From a virus (Duplodnaviria; Heunggongvirae; Uroviricota; Caudoviricetes): a stretch of 64,000 nucleotides of DNA. The DNA lies in the IMG/VR virus record IMGVR_UViG_3300044614_000224, positions 14,839 to 78,838 of that record; one strand, given 5' to 3'. The position numbers were made by a program, and so were the translations under genes. A model generated the notes under the pieces. The model was not told where the DNA came from and did no database searches. It worked only from the letters and a program-made list of their open reading frames with translations. Shown piece after piece: positions 49,265 to 59,065 of the stretch. Position 1 is the stretch's first letter. Every line of letters begins with the position of its first letter.

Positions 49265-50325
49265 GTTTTGAAGACTTAAAAAAACAGGTACAGGCAGGCT
49301 TAGAGGGTAGGAATGGTGGTATACCTATGGGTTTTGATAGACTTAATAGATATATTGGTATTAGAAAGTCCATATATACGCTTATAGGTGGTCTCACGGG
49401 TTCTGGTAAGACTAGCTTTATTGATGATGCATATGTGCTTAATCCATTTGATTGGTATATAAGCAAAGCAAATAAGACAAACATCAAGCTAAGGATTATA
49501 TACAGATCCATGGAGAGAAGTAGAACCTATAAGATGGCTAAATGGGTAGGTAGAAGAATATTCATCGATCATGGTGTAACTATCACAGTTAACAAACTGT
49601 TGGGCTGGAATGATAAAATGACCAAGGATGAACATGATCTATTTCTAATGTATGAAGACTATATAGGAGAGATGAGCGAAGTGATTACAATCATTGATGG
49701 TCCAGAGAATGCTGTAGGTATAGCCAAAGAGTTAAAGGCACATGCTTTACAGAATGGAACCATTGAGCAGGTGGATGAATACAATAAGAAGTATTTCCCC
49801 ACAAATGAGAATGAAATCACTATGGTTGTTATCGATCATATAGGCTTATTAAAAACTACACAAGCCCAGCCTACAAAGAAAGATGCTATTGATAAGATGA
49901 GTGATGAGCTCAGATATGCTAGAGACTTCTATGGATATAGTCCTGTTGTTGTTAGTCAGTTCAATAGATCTATTTCTAACATGGCAAGATTAAAGAGTGG
50001 TGATGTAGAACCACAACTAGAAGACTTTGCAGAGAGTTCAAGCACGCAGAATGATGCTGATGTTGTACTAGGATTGTTTGACCCAATGAGATATAAAGTG
50101 GCTGATCCATCAGGCTATGAATTAGATAAGCTGAAGGATAACTTTGGTGCCAAGTATTTTAGATCTCTCAGGCTAATTAAGAATAGCTATGGTGAAGATG
50201 ATGTTAGAATAGGCTTAGGCTTCTTAGGAAGCATTGGTATGTTCAAAGAACTGCCTAGAGTGAAAGACATTACAGAGGCGGATTACACAGCAGTGGTGAA
50301 TAAATCATTTTTCCTAAACAAATAA
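49261..50325 (+). CDS. DnaB-family (RecA-fold) replicative helicase, C-terminal domain only (354 aa)
   Basis: Walker A (GGLTGSGKTSF), Walker B (MVVIDHIGLL), H3-like SQFNRS. No N-terminal DnaB domain. Confidence 0.55.
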   Translation: MSFEDLKKQVQAGLEGRNGGIPMGFDRLNRYIGIRKSIYTLIGGLTGSGKTSFIDDAYVLNPFDWYISKANKTNIKLRIIYRSMERSRTYKMAKWVGRRIFIDHGVTITVNKLLGWNDKMTKDEHDLFLMYEDYIGEMSEVITIIDGPENAVGIAKELKAHALQNGTIEQVDEYNKKYFPTNENEITMVVIDHIGLLKTTQAQPTKKDAIDKMSDELRYARDFYGYSPVVVSQFNRSISNMARLKSGDVEPQLEDFAESSSTQNDADVVLGLFDPMRYKVADPSGYELDKLKDNFGAKYFRSLRLIKNSYGEDDVRIGLGFLGSIGMFKELPRVKDITEADYTAVVNKSFFLNK

Positions 50326-50327
50326 AC

Positions 50328-50528
50328 ATGAGTATAAAAACAAACGTATATAACACGCTACCAAGTAAAAAAGATCATTGGTGGCAGATTGTAGTATTGC
50401 CTACAGTTAGTATTATGAACAACATACAAAAATATGATCCATACGTGGCTGTCAATTTTGAATGGTTATTTTGGTCATTTACTACAATATTAAGCTATGG
50501 CAAAAAAGGAAATCTCTCTACGAGATAA
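50328..50528 (+). CDS. small hypothetical protein (66 aa); overlaps the start of the next gene
   Basis: ORF track only. Confidence 0.3.
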   Translation: MSIKTNVYNTLPSKKDHWWQIVVLPTVSIMNNIQKYDPYVAVNFEWLFWSFTTILSYGKKGNLSTR

Positions 50529-51585
50529 GAGGCAACAGGAGTTTGCTGAGGTGTTCCTAAAACATGGAGAGTTTGGTATTCTAAACTTATGTCCTAGATT
50601 TGGGAAGATCTATACAACTATCAATATATTAGAGAAACTAGACAAAGATATCAACATCCTGATAGCCTATCCAGATCTTAAGATTAAGGAGGCTTGGGAA
50701 GCTGATTTCAAGACTAGAAAATACAAGAATCCTCATATAACGTACACTACGCACCTATCTATTAAAAAGCACACAGGAGGTGTATTTGACCTAGTAATAC
50801 TAGATGAGATACATTTGTTGTCAGAAGCACAAATAGAGGCTGTAAAAGAGCTAAAATGCATAAGTGTGCTTGGTCTTACAGGAACATTAGCTAGTAGTAC
50901 AGAAAGGACCCTCAATGAGGAGCTTGGACTGAATGTATTAGCTACCTATCCAATAGAACAAGCTATTGCAGAAGGAGTTATTACAGACTATGAAATCACT
51001 GTGATAAAGGTTCCTTTGGATGATAAGCGTATTAACGATTATAAAGGGAAGAAGCGTACAGAGAAGAAACAATTTGATAGCTATGCCTGGGTGATTGACC
51101 AGCTAGAAAGACAAGGAAAAGCAACAATGTTCCTACGTCTAGCTAGAATGAGAATCATACAGAACAGTGTGGCTAAAATGGAGAAGACAAGAGAAATCTT
51201 AGCTAAATATAAGCAAGATAGGATCTTGGTATTTTGTGGTGTTACTAAAATAGCAGACACACTTGGTATTCCTTCCTATCACAGTAAATCTACAGAGAAA
51301 GAAATCTTTACAGATTTTGCTGCAGGTAAAGGGAATCATTTGGCTGTTGTTAAGATAGGTAACACAGGTGTAACTTACAAACCACTTAACAAGGTGATTA
51401 TCAATTACTTCGATAGTAATGCAGAAAACCTTGCTCAGAAGATTAATAGATGTATGGCTATGGAATATAACACTCCAGACAAGAAAGCCCATATATACAT
51501 CATATCTTCTAATGAAGAAGTGGAATTAAAATGGCTCAAGAAGGCTCTTGAGTTCTTTGACAAATCAAAAATTAAATACTTATGA
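50497..51585 (+). CDS. SF2 DExH-box helicase (362 aa)
   Basis: Motif I-like CPRFGKIYT, motif II LVILDEIHLL (DEIH), motif III-like GLTGTLASS. Confidence 0.5.
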   Translation: MAKKEISLRDKRQQEFAEVFLKHGEFGILNLCPRFGKIYTTINILEKLDKDINILIAYPDLKIKEAWEADFKTRKYKNPHITYTTHLSIKKHTGGVFDLVILDEIHLLSEAQIEAVKELKCISVLGLTGTLASSTERTLNEELGLNVLATYPIEQAIAEGVITDYEITVIKVPLDDKRINDYKGKKRTEKKQFDSYAWVIDQLERQGKATMFLRLARMRIIQNSVAKMEKTREILAKYKQDRILVFCGVTKIADTLGIPSYHSKSTEKEIFTDFAAGKGNHLAVVKIGNTGVTYKPLNKVIINYFDSNAENLAQKINRCMAMEYNTPDKKAHIYIISSNEEVELKWLKKALEFFDKSKIKYL

Positions 51586-51794
51586 TGTTAGAATTATTAG
51601 AAGAAATCACTCCAGGTAGTGGTACAATGTATGTAGTTAGAAATGATGGTTCAGCTGTTAAATGGTTTGCCCACAAAGCTGATGCAGATAAATATTATGA
51701 AGAGATTATTGCTAATCCAAACCTACTAAAACCTCAAAAAAATATTTTGAAATCTCAGGAAATTACCTTATCTTTGGAGGAAACAAATAACTAA
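51582..51794 (+). CDS. hypothetical protein (70 aa)
   Basis: ORF. Confidence 0.4.
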   Translation: MMLELLEEITPGSGTMYVVRNDGSAVKWFAHKADADKYYEEIIANPNLLKPQKNILKSQEITLSLEETNN

Positions 51795-51803
51795 ATATTA
51801 AAC

Positions 51804-52475
51804 ATGGCAAGCAAATTAATTGGTATTGTTGGTCCAACTGGTACAGGTAAATCAACATCTATCAAACACTTAGATCCAAAGGAAACGTACATCATCAATG
51901 TTGCTAAAAAGGAACTACCTTTTAAAGGAGCAGAGAAGCTGTACAATTCAGAAAACAAGAATTACAAAGAGGTAGATGATGCAATTGAAATCACTCGATT
52001 GTTAAAGACTATCTCTGAGAAAGCACCTCACATCAAGAACATCATCATTGAAGACTCTAATTACATTATGGGATTCAATATGATAGCAAAAGCTACAGAA
52101 ACTGGCTTTACTAAGTTTACACTTATGGCTAGAGATATGGTAGAGCTATTTAGAGAAGCAAGAAGATTGCGTGATGATTTAAAAGTGTTCTATTTCACAC
52201 ACCCAGAAACTATTGAAGATGGTGGTGAGATTATAGGATACAAAATCAAAACTGCAGGTAAATTGATTGATAATCAGATTGTCCTTGAAGGTTTACTAAC
52301 TGTGTGTCTATATACACATGTAGAAGATAGCAAGGATGGTTCTGCTAATTATCAGTTCTTAACAAATCGCTTTAGAAAGTATCCAGCTAAGAGCCCAGAT
52401 GGTATGTTTGCAGATATTAAAATCCCAAACAACTTACAGCTTGTAGTAGACACAATTGACGAATATTATAAATAA
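51804..52475 (+). CDS. P-loop ATPase, possibly a Sak4-like recombination ATPase (223 aa)
   Basis: Walker A (IVGPTGTGKSTS), Walker B-like (NIIIEDS). Its size and position directly upstream of an SSB-like gene fit the Sak4+SSB arrangement. Confidence 0.5.
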   Translation: MASKLIGIVGPTGTGKSTSIKHLDPKETYIINVAKKELPFKGAEKLYNSENKNYKEVDDAIEITRLLKTISEKAPHIKNIIIEDSNYIMGFNMIAKATETGFTKFTLMARDMVELFREARRLRDDLKVFYFTHPETIEDGGEIIGYKIKTAGKLIDNQIVLEGLLTVCLYTHVEDSKDGSANYQFLTNRFRKYPAKSPDGMFADIKIPNNLQLVVDTIDEYYK

Positions 52476-52494
52476 CAATTAAAACTAGAAAAAC

Positions 52495-53367
52495 ATGTCA
52501 GGAATCGGTGGAAACAAAAGACAGCAATCAAGTGGAGAATCTAACTTCTCGAAGAAGGTAGGTTTATTTGAAGCTAATGTGATTGCAATTAACCCAACAA
52601 TTGAAGAGTTCAAGGACAAATTAGGTATTGAACTTAAAGAAGACAGCAAAGCAGCTGATTACTTAGGAATGAGTCAAGATGGTAACAAAACACTACGTGT
52701 GGACATCTGGCTTGAAGAAGTTAAGAGTAAGGATAAGTTTAAAGCTGTATTCTTCCTTGAGAACAAAGAAAGAGAAAACAAAGATGGTAGCAAGAAACAA
52801 TATATCAACTCTGTTGGTAGCTGTTCTTGGGCTGATGATGAAAACAATCTTCCTAAATGGTTTACAGAACGTGAAGTTCGTGTAGCTAATGTAGGTGAAG
52901 AAGATCTTTATAATTTCATGCGTACATGGTTAGGTAATTTAGATTATCGTGATGCTGAAACCACTCTACAATTAGACTGGAGCAAGCTTATGAAAGGTAA
53001 TGTTAAAGACCTAAGAGACCAAATCAATGGTGAATGGTGTACAAATGTCGTTGCTTTAGCTACAGTGAAGACTGTTGAGAAAGATGGTGATATTAAGGAA
53101 TATCAAGGTATATATAACAAGGGATTCCTACCTGCTTATACATTGAAACAATTTAGACTGGTAGATTTCAGTAGCTCTGCAATCCTTAAAGGATTACGTG
53201 AGAAGAAGTCTAAAGATCTAAAACCTCATGAGCGTTTTGTATTAAACGTTACAGGTGAGTATGGATGTAAAGAGTTCTATACATTCAAAGACTTAGCAGA
53301 GTATAACGCAGATGATAATCTTGTAGCCTCGGATAGAGTGCTAGAAGAAGATGATAGCGACTTTTAA
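52495..53367 (+). CDS. candidate single-stranded DNA-binding protein with an acidic C-terminal tail ending in Phe (290 aa)
   Basis: The C-terminus ...VLEEDDSDF resembles the acidic tail of T7 gp2.5 and bacterial SSBs ending in Phe. Genomic context is between an ATPase and the primase. Confidence 0.35.
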   Translation: MSGIGGNKRQQSSGESNFSKKVGLFEANVIAINPTIEEFKDKLGIELKEDSKAADYLGMSQDGNKTLRVDIWLEEVKSKDKFKAVFFLENKERENKDGSKKQYINSVGSCSWADDENNLPKWFTEREVRVANVGEEDLYNFMRTWLGNLDYRDAETTLQLDWSKLMKGNVKDLRDQINGEWCTNVVALATVKTVEKDGDIKEYQGIYNKGFLPAYTLKQFRLVDFSSSAILKGLREKKSKDLKPHERFVLNVTGEYGCKEFYTFKDLAEYNADDNLVASDRVLEEDDSDF

Positions 53368-53368
53368 T

Positions 53369-53422
53369 TTTGTCCCCTCCCCTCTATAAAAGCCCCTCAT
53401 CTGTAAAAAGGTGGGGGGTTTT
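53369..53422 (+). terminator. C-rich / G-rich hairpin between the SSB-like and primase genes, possible weak terminator
   Basis: cccctcccctc ... ggtggggggtttt; imperfect stem followed by a T-run. Confidence 0.25.
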
Positions 53423-53434
53423 AACTTTATATAT

Positions 53435-54433
53435 ATGATAAACGGAAAAAGAAAAACAAAGCTTACACCAGAGTCCGTACTAGACAAGATAACTGATTAT
53501 GATATATTTAGGTTCTATATGCCTGATAAGACATGGAAGCTCAACAGAGTGACCTTCTCTCCATTTAGAAATGAGAACAATCCTTCCTTTGTAATAGGGA
53601 ATAAAAGGGGCTTTATATCATTTATTGACTTTGCTGATACCAGTAAAAGAGGTGATTGTTTTGAGTTTGTTAAGCTCCTTCACAATCTATCTAGTATGAA
53701 TGATGTGTTAAAGCTTATAGACAGAGATTTTGGACTAGGAATAGTTACCAAGGGTACAGAGGAATACAAGAGAATTACAGCACAGTATAAACAACCTGAA
53801 GCTGTTAAGAGGTATTCTCTCATCCAGGTGGTAACAAAGAAGTTTACACAAGAGGAGTTAGCCTATTGGAATCAATATCATATAGATATAGAGGATCTAA
53901 AGAGTAATAACGTCTATTCTGTTAAGAAGGTGTATTTGAACAAGAGTTTGTTCTATACCAACGATCAGGAAATGAGGTTTGGTTATTTCTATGATGGACA
54001 TTGGAAGATTTATACACCGTTTGGAGATAAGAAGACTAAATGGTTACCTAATAATGTTCCTATCACCGCTATGGATGGTAAAGAGGACATAGCTAATTGC
54101 AAGGTGGCATTCATCAATAAGAGTAAGAAAGATTATATGGTTATGAAGAAGATATTTCCATGTAGCTGTGCTGTACAGAATGAAGGTGTTGGTTGTTTCT
54201 CTCCAGAGAACTTAGAATATCTTAAAGCTAATTCTGACAGACAAATCCTCAGCTTTGATAGCGATGTTACAGGTGTAACTAACTCACAACAGATTACCAA
54301 GCTATTTGATTTTGATTATGCTAATGTTCCTCGTAAGTATCTAACAGAAGGTATAAAGGACTGGGCTGATCTAGCAAAGGCTCATGGTATGGAAGCAATA
54401 GAATCTTATTTAAAACAAAAACACATTTTATGA
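53435..54433 (+). CDS. DnaG-like primase with a degenerate, zinc-ligand-free zinc-binding domain plus TOPRIM (about 332 aa)
   Basis: SPFRNENNPSF...FISFIDFADTSKRGD aligns to the DnaG zinc-binding domain CPFHNEKTPSF...FYHCFGCG with all four ligands replaced. TOPRIM-like NEG and FDSDVTG. The track ORF starts at GTG 53411; the ATG at 53435 is the likely start. Confidence 0.45.
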   Translation: MINGKRKTKLTPESVLDKITDYDIFRFYMPDKTWKLNRVTFSPFRNENNPSFVIGNKRGFISFIDFADTSKRGDCFEFVKLLHNLSSMNDVLKLIDRDFGLGIVTKGTEEYKRITAQYKQPEAVKRYSLIQVVTKKFTQEELAYWNQYHIDIEDLKSNNVYSVKKVYLNKSLFYTNDQEMRFGYFYDGHWKIYTPFGDKKTKWLPNNVPITAMDGKEDIANCKVAFINKSKKDYMVMKKIFPCSCAVQNEGVGCFSPENLEYLKANSDRQILSFDSDVTGVTNSQQITKLFDFDYANVPRKYLTEGIKDWADLAKAHGMEAIESYLKQKHIL

Positions 54434-54592
54434 CACTGCATGATTTAAAAGAAGCTATTAGAAACGAAATAGAATTTCTTGAGACAATGGAAGGAGATGA
54501 AATAGAGTGTATTGGTATTGAGAACCTAGAAGGTATATTATCACAATATTTTAACAAAGAAATCAAACTAACAGAAGAGTATGAAGACTGAG
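54431..54592 (+). CDS. possible 54-aa acidic ORF below the cutoff
   Basis: ATG overlapping the primase stop (ATGA); MTLHDLKEAIRNEIEFLETMEGDEIECIGIENLEGILSQYFNKEIKLTEEYED. Confidence 0.3.
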
Positions 54593-55351
54593 AACTACAA
54601 CACAACAAAAGAATTGATTCTTGCAGCAGATATTCCTGCACAGACAAGAACTTACAAACCAGTTAGCCACGGTCAATTGATTGATCTTACAATGGATGGT
54701 ATTCAGAAGGCTGGATTTGTATTAGATAAAGAAACATACACAGCTAGTACAAATGGTCAGATTGCTAATGGTAGATTTACTATCAAGAACGTAATGGATA
54801 GTGAGATGCAATTAGAGATTGGCTGGCAGAATAGCTACAACAAGCAACTTACATTAAAGTTTGCCCTAGGTACACGCATTATGATTTGTCAGAATGGTTG
54901 TGTATCAGGTGATTATGGTGCATTTAAGAAAAAACACGTTGGTGAAATACAATCATTTACACCAAATGCTATTAGTGAATACATCAAGGCTGCAGGAGAA
55001 AGCTTTAGAACTATTCAGTTCCAGAGAGATCAAATGAAGCAAGTGGAAGTTACTAAGCGTACAAAAGCTGAATTGATTGGTAGAATGATGATTGAAGAGC
55101 AGTTTATTACATCTACACAATTAAACATCATTACCAGAGAATTAACCAGCCCTACACATGATTATGGTGCACCTGATAGCTTATGGGAGTTGTACAACTA
55201 CACAACATTTGCTATGAAGGAAACACATCCTGCAAACTGGATGAGTAGTCACATTAAAGCACATTCATTCTTTGTAGATGCTTCAGGACTTCATACACCA
55301 AAAGCTGAGGTGCCTGCTATTATACAATTAGAACAATTAGAATTATTTTAA
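54581..55351 (+). CDS. hypothetical protein (256 aa)
   Basis: ORF. Confidence 0.5.
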   Translation: MKTENYNTTKELILAADIPAQTRTYKPVSHGQLIDLTMDGIQKAGFVLDKETYTASTNGQIANGRFTIKNVMDSEMQLEIGWQNSYNKQLTLKFALGTRIMICQNGCVSGDYGAFKKKHVGEIQSFTPNAISEYIKAAGESFRTIQFQRDQMKQVEVTKRTKAELIGRMMIEEQFITSTQLNIITRELTSPTHDYGAPDSLWELYNYTTFAMKETHPANWMSSHIKAHSFFVDASGLHTPKAEVPAIIQLEQLELF

Positions 55352-55352
55352 C

Positions 55353-56069
55353 ATGAATTGGAATAAGTTTGAATCACAATTTCACCCATCATGGCATAGA
55401 CTTATGCAACCCTTTATTGAAAGTGAAGCTTGTGACAACATCTATAAATTCCTAAAATCAGAGAGTCAGAGGGGCAAGAAGATTGCTCCTCTTTCTCCTA
55501 ATGTTTATAGATGCTTTTTAGAGACTTCACTAGATGACCTAAAGATGGTTATGGTGGGTATGTGTCCCTACCACACATTAAAGAATGGTAGTCCTATAGC
55601 AGAAGGTTTACTAATGGGCTGTTCTACAACAGGTATATTACAACCTTCTCTAGCAAAGTTCTATGATGGAATAGAAAAAGAGTTGTATCAGGGATTAAAC
55701 CTCACTATACTAAAGAATCCAGATGTTACCTATTTGGCTAAACAAGGAGTTCTTATGTATAACGCAGCTTTAACCACTGAAATCAACAAAGCAGGTTCAC
55801 ATATCGACATCTGGGAACCTTTTACTAAGTATCTATTTGAAGAGGTGCTATCCTATACAGGAGTGCCTATTCTGTTCTTAGGGAAAGATGCTTCCAAGTA
55901 TGAAAGATATGTACCACCGTTTAGTTGGTCTTTCACTGTAAGTCATCCAGCCAGTGCTTCTTACAAGCAAACTGATTGGGATACAGAAGGTGTATTCACC
56001 AAGCTAAACAAGATACTAAAAGAAAACAATAATACAGAAATCGATTGGCTAGAAAAAGTGCCATTCTAA
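55353..56069 (+). CDS. family-1 uracil-DNA glycosylase homologue with non-canonical active-site residues (238 aa)
   Basis: Aligns along its whole length to E. coli/human UNG: SWHRLM, KQGVLMYNAALT, VSHPASASY, IDWLEKVP. The GQDPYH motif reads GMCPYH, so the catalytic Asp is Cys. HPSPLS reads HPASAS, so the intercalating Leu is Ala. Confidence 0.75.
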   Translation: MNWNKFESQFHPSWHRLMQPFIESEACDNIYKFLKSESQRGKKIAPLSPNVYRCFLETSLDDLKMVMVGMCPYHTLKNGSPIAEGLLMGCSTTGILQPSLAKFYDGIEKELYQGLNLTILKNPDVTYLAKQGVLMYNAALTTEINKAGSHIDIWEPFTKYLFEEVLSYTGVPILFLGKDASKYERYVPPFSWSFTVSHPASASYKQTDWDTEGVFTKLNKILKENNNTEIDWLEKVPF

Positions 56070-56079
56070 AACTAAAATT

Positions 56080-56379
56080 ATGGAAGAATTACAAGTGTAT
56101 GTACAAAACAATAGAGATGGAGAGTTAGATTATGATTATGATCTTATAATGGGAGGTGCTGTAGACACATTGAAATACTCAAATCATCCAGATTGGCAGG
56201 TTGGAGGAGAAACAGCATTAAAGTTAACAGACGATGGTAATGGTATAAAGTTCAAATTTCCTGATAAGAAGGTAATAGAACTAGAATATAATGAAGCACG
56301 TGAAATGCTTGTTATGTTAATGATGCACATGGATGAAAAAATAGAAATCAGAAAATCAGAACTTATTAAAACTATTTAA
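56080..56379 (+). CDS. hypothetical protein (99 aa)
   Basis: ORF. Confidence 0.45.
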   Translation: MEELQVYVQNNRDGELDYDYDLIMGGAVDTLKYSNHPDWQVGGETALKLTDDGNGIKFKFPDKKVIELEYNEAREMLVMLMMHMDEKIEIRKSELIKTI

Positions 56380-56381
56380 TT

Positions 56382-56747
56382 ATGTACAAAGTTAGATTTG
56401 GAGAAACAATTGAAAAGGGAGACCTCATTGCTGTTGCTAATGGTAATGATTTCTCATTGGGTATTTATTATGGAAGAGGAATAGGAGGAACTGTTCAGTA
56501 TTACATGCCTAATAGCGTTAGATATGCTATGGAACGTTTTAATGTAAGAATGGCAGAATTAACTGCTGAAGGACAACCTACAGAACCTCTTAAGTTAAAT
56601 AACTTTTGGAAATGTTATGTTAACACACCAAGAGACACACGAATTATGAAATTAAACAGAGAAAACATTACAAGTCCAAAAGACATAGAAGAAGTTATGA
56701 TAGCAAAAGAAGCACTAAAAAACTTTAACATCGACGTAAAATACTAA
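56382..56747 (+). CDS. hypothetical protein (121 aa)
   Basis: ORF. Confidence 0.45.
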   Translation: MYKVRFGETIEKGDLIAVANGNDFSLGIYYGRGIGGTVQYYMPNSVRYAMERFNVRMAELTAEGQPTEPLKLNNFWKCYVNTPRDTRIMKLNRENITSPKDIEEVMIAKEALKNFNIDVKY

Positions 56748-56749
56748 TC

Positions 56750-59065
56750 ATGATACTAGAAAAACAGACAGAAGCAACTATCCTACAAGAAGGAGAATCA
56801 CAAGAATCAATTGGAATGTCATTAGACCTGGACTCAGCTCAGGTGCTAATGCAAATGTTAAGTAAGAATTTATATTCAGATGCAATAGGTTCCACTATTC
56901 GTGAGTGTGCCTCTAATGCATTAGACAGTCACAGAAGAGCAGGTATTGATAAACCAATCATCGTTAGCCTCAATAGGAATAACCATGATAACTATGAATT
57001 CTCTGTAGAGGATTTTGGTATTGGTCTAGATGCAGATGATGTAGTTAATATCATCAGCAAATATGGTAAGAGTACAAAGCGTAATAGTAATACAGAATTA
57101 GGCATGATGGGTCTTGGTTTTAAGGCCCCACTAGCATACACATCTACCTTCTATTTTACTGCAAGGAAAAATGGAATGGAAAGAAAATACATGATGTATG
57201 AGGGAGAAGAAGTGAATTCAATCGATTTACTTCATGAGACTCCCACAGATCAGCCAAACGGTGTTAAGATAACAATACCAGTTAACTATTACGATAGACA
57301 TGATTTTGTACGTAAGATTAAAGAGCAACTAGCTTATTTTGAGAACGTGTATTTCAATGTACTAGATGGTGAGGTGAGCAATGATTTCACTATCCATAGA
57401 TCAGAACACTATCAAGCTTCTAGCTTATCCAGAGATAGTTGGTTACACATTTGTTTAGATAATGTGTATTATCCATTGGATTTCACTAGATTAGGTATTG
57501 ATAGAATAAGCATTCCTGTAGGTTTAAGATTTAGTCTTACAGATGGTTTATTCCCTACACCAAACAGAGAATCCATTAGATATACCAAGGAAGCAAAAGA
57601 TATCATCCTAGCTAAGATTAGTAAGATGGTTGATCATTTTATTACCAAATACAATGAAACTGTTGCTGATACTGATGATTTCATGGCTGTATTGAGATAC
57701 CATGCTACAAACAGAAGATATGTAGATGTTCCTGGTAAGAATACTAACTTTGATCTCACTGATGTAGTTAAACATGGTACTGTTCTAATCGCTTCTCCTA
57801 AGGTAAGCAGCCTAAAGAAGCTTGACTTACAAAAACTTGTCAGAAACAAGGAATACATCCTTGGTGAGTATGATAAGAAGTTTGAGCTTTACAATGGTAG
57901 AATGTCTCAGGTGAAGAGCTATTGGAGAAGTGGTGTTGATGTTATAAACAGAAACGATGAACCACACTATTTCTATTCTGAGAAGATTAGTGGTGCTATG
58001 AAGGATTATATTAAGAGTATAGCTCCAAAGAGCAGACATGCATATTTCATTAGAAAGGTGAAGACATTTAAACTGGGTAGTCTTACAAAGATGAATGATT
58101 ATGATACTTATATGAAACTTCTTAGCTTAGATGACTATCCAAGAGATCAATGGAGAGAGCTTATTGCAGAGTTTCAAGCTGTGTTAGCTTCTCTTACAAA
58201 GACATTCATCAACCTTGATGAGATAGTAATACCACAAGCTTTCCTAGATTCTAGGAAGAAGCAAAAGGGAATCACTGTTTCTGTTGGTGGAACAAAAGTG
58301 AGACGTATTAAGTTGGAAGGTGAGGTGATTGGTAGATATGCTGTAGAGCTAGAGAGATATGTAGATGGTAAGAATTCTAAACTGGTTAGCAAGATTTATA
58401 GTCTCGCTGAAATGCATAAGTATAACAAGCTTGTTATTTATGGTTCCCAGGCAGATATCTCTACTATGGACAAACTATATGCATCAGTTAATAAGAATAA
58501 GGTGGAGCTAGCTGTATTCTCTGAGAGAGAACTTAAGACACTATCTACTATTAACGTACACAATCTAATCCCTTTAAGCAAGTTTATGGAAGGTAAAAAC
58601 AAACCATTCAAGAGAATTGTAACAGCCTATCTAATCCAAAAGTTACACAACAACTTCAGTAGATCGTTTATTAGAAAAGAGAAAATTGGTCTCATCTCTA
58701 CAGATTTGTATGAAAAGATGAAAAGACTAAATGATTACAAGATTGAACATCACTGTGGTGGTAATGACACAATCTATAATTCTATGCTAGAGGTAGCCCA
58801 AACACACAACTTATTTGATATGGAGATATATCATGAGTATGTAGAAGTGAAGAACCTTCTAGAAAGATTACCATTCATCGAAGCTATGTCTGATAAAATA
58901 CAGAGCTATGATAATGATAACTCTCCAATAATCAGTGCATTCCGTGATCTATTCAAGTATCATGGACATAGAATTGACTGGAAACACTACAATATTCGTA
59001 TCAATGAAGAGGTTGTAGAGGAGTTAACAGAGAATTCTGTTGAAGAGTTAGTAGAGAATATTTAA
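56750..59065 (+). CDS. Hsp90/HtpG-like GHKL (Bergerat-fold) ATPase with a long uncharacterised C-terminal region (771 aa)
   Basis: N-box ExxxNAxD (RECASNALD), preceded by an Hsp90-like helix (QVLMQMLSKNLYSDAIGSTIRE, compare [20 protein letters not shown]). G1 box VEDFGIGL. GxSxK (YGKSTK). G2 box GMMGLGFKA. Confidence 0.7.
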   Translation: MILEKQTEATILQEGESQESIGMSLDLDSAQVLMQMLSKNLYSDAIGSTIRECASNALDSHRRAGIDKPIIVSLNRNNHDNYEFSVEDFGIGLDADDVVNIISKYGKSTKRNSNTELGMMGLGFKAPLAYTSTFYFTARKNGMERKYMMYEGEEVNSIDLLHETPTDQPNGVKITIPVNYYDRHDFVRKIKEQLAYFENVYFNVLDGEVSNDFTIHRSEHYQASSLSRDSWLHICLDNVYYPLDFTRLGIDRISIPVGLRFSLTDGLFPTPNRESIRYTKEAKDIILAKISKMVDHFITKYNETVADTDDFMAVLRYHATNRRYVDVPGKNTNFDLTDVVKHGTVLIASPKVSSLKKLDLQKLVRNKEYILGEYDKKFELYNGRMSQVKSYWRSGVDVINRNDEPHYFYSEKISGAMKDYIKSIAPKSRHAYFIRKVKTFKLGSLTKMNDYDTYMKLLSLDDYPRDQWRELIAEFQAVLASLTKTFINLDEIVIPQAFLDSRKKQKGITVSVGGTKVRRIKLEGEVIGRYAVELERYVDGKNSKLVSKIYSLAEMHKYNKLVIYGSQADISTMDKLYASVNKNKVELAVFSERELKTLSTINVHNLIPLSKFMEGKNKPFKRIVTAYLIQKLHNNFSRSFIRKEKIGLISTDLYEKMKRLNDYKIEHHCGGNDTIYNSMLEVAQTHNLFDMEIYHEYVEVKNLLERLPFIEAMSDKIQSYDNDNSPIISAFRDLFKYHGHRIDWKHYNIRINEEVVEELTENSVEELVENI

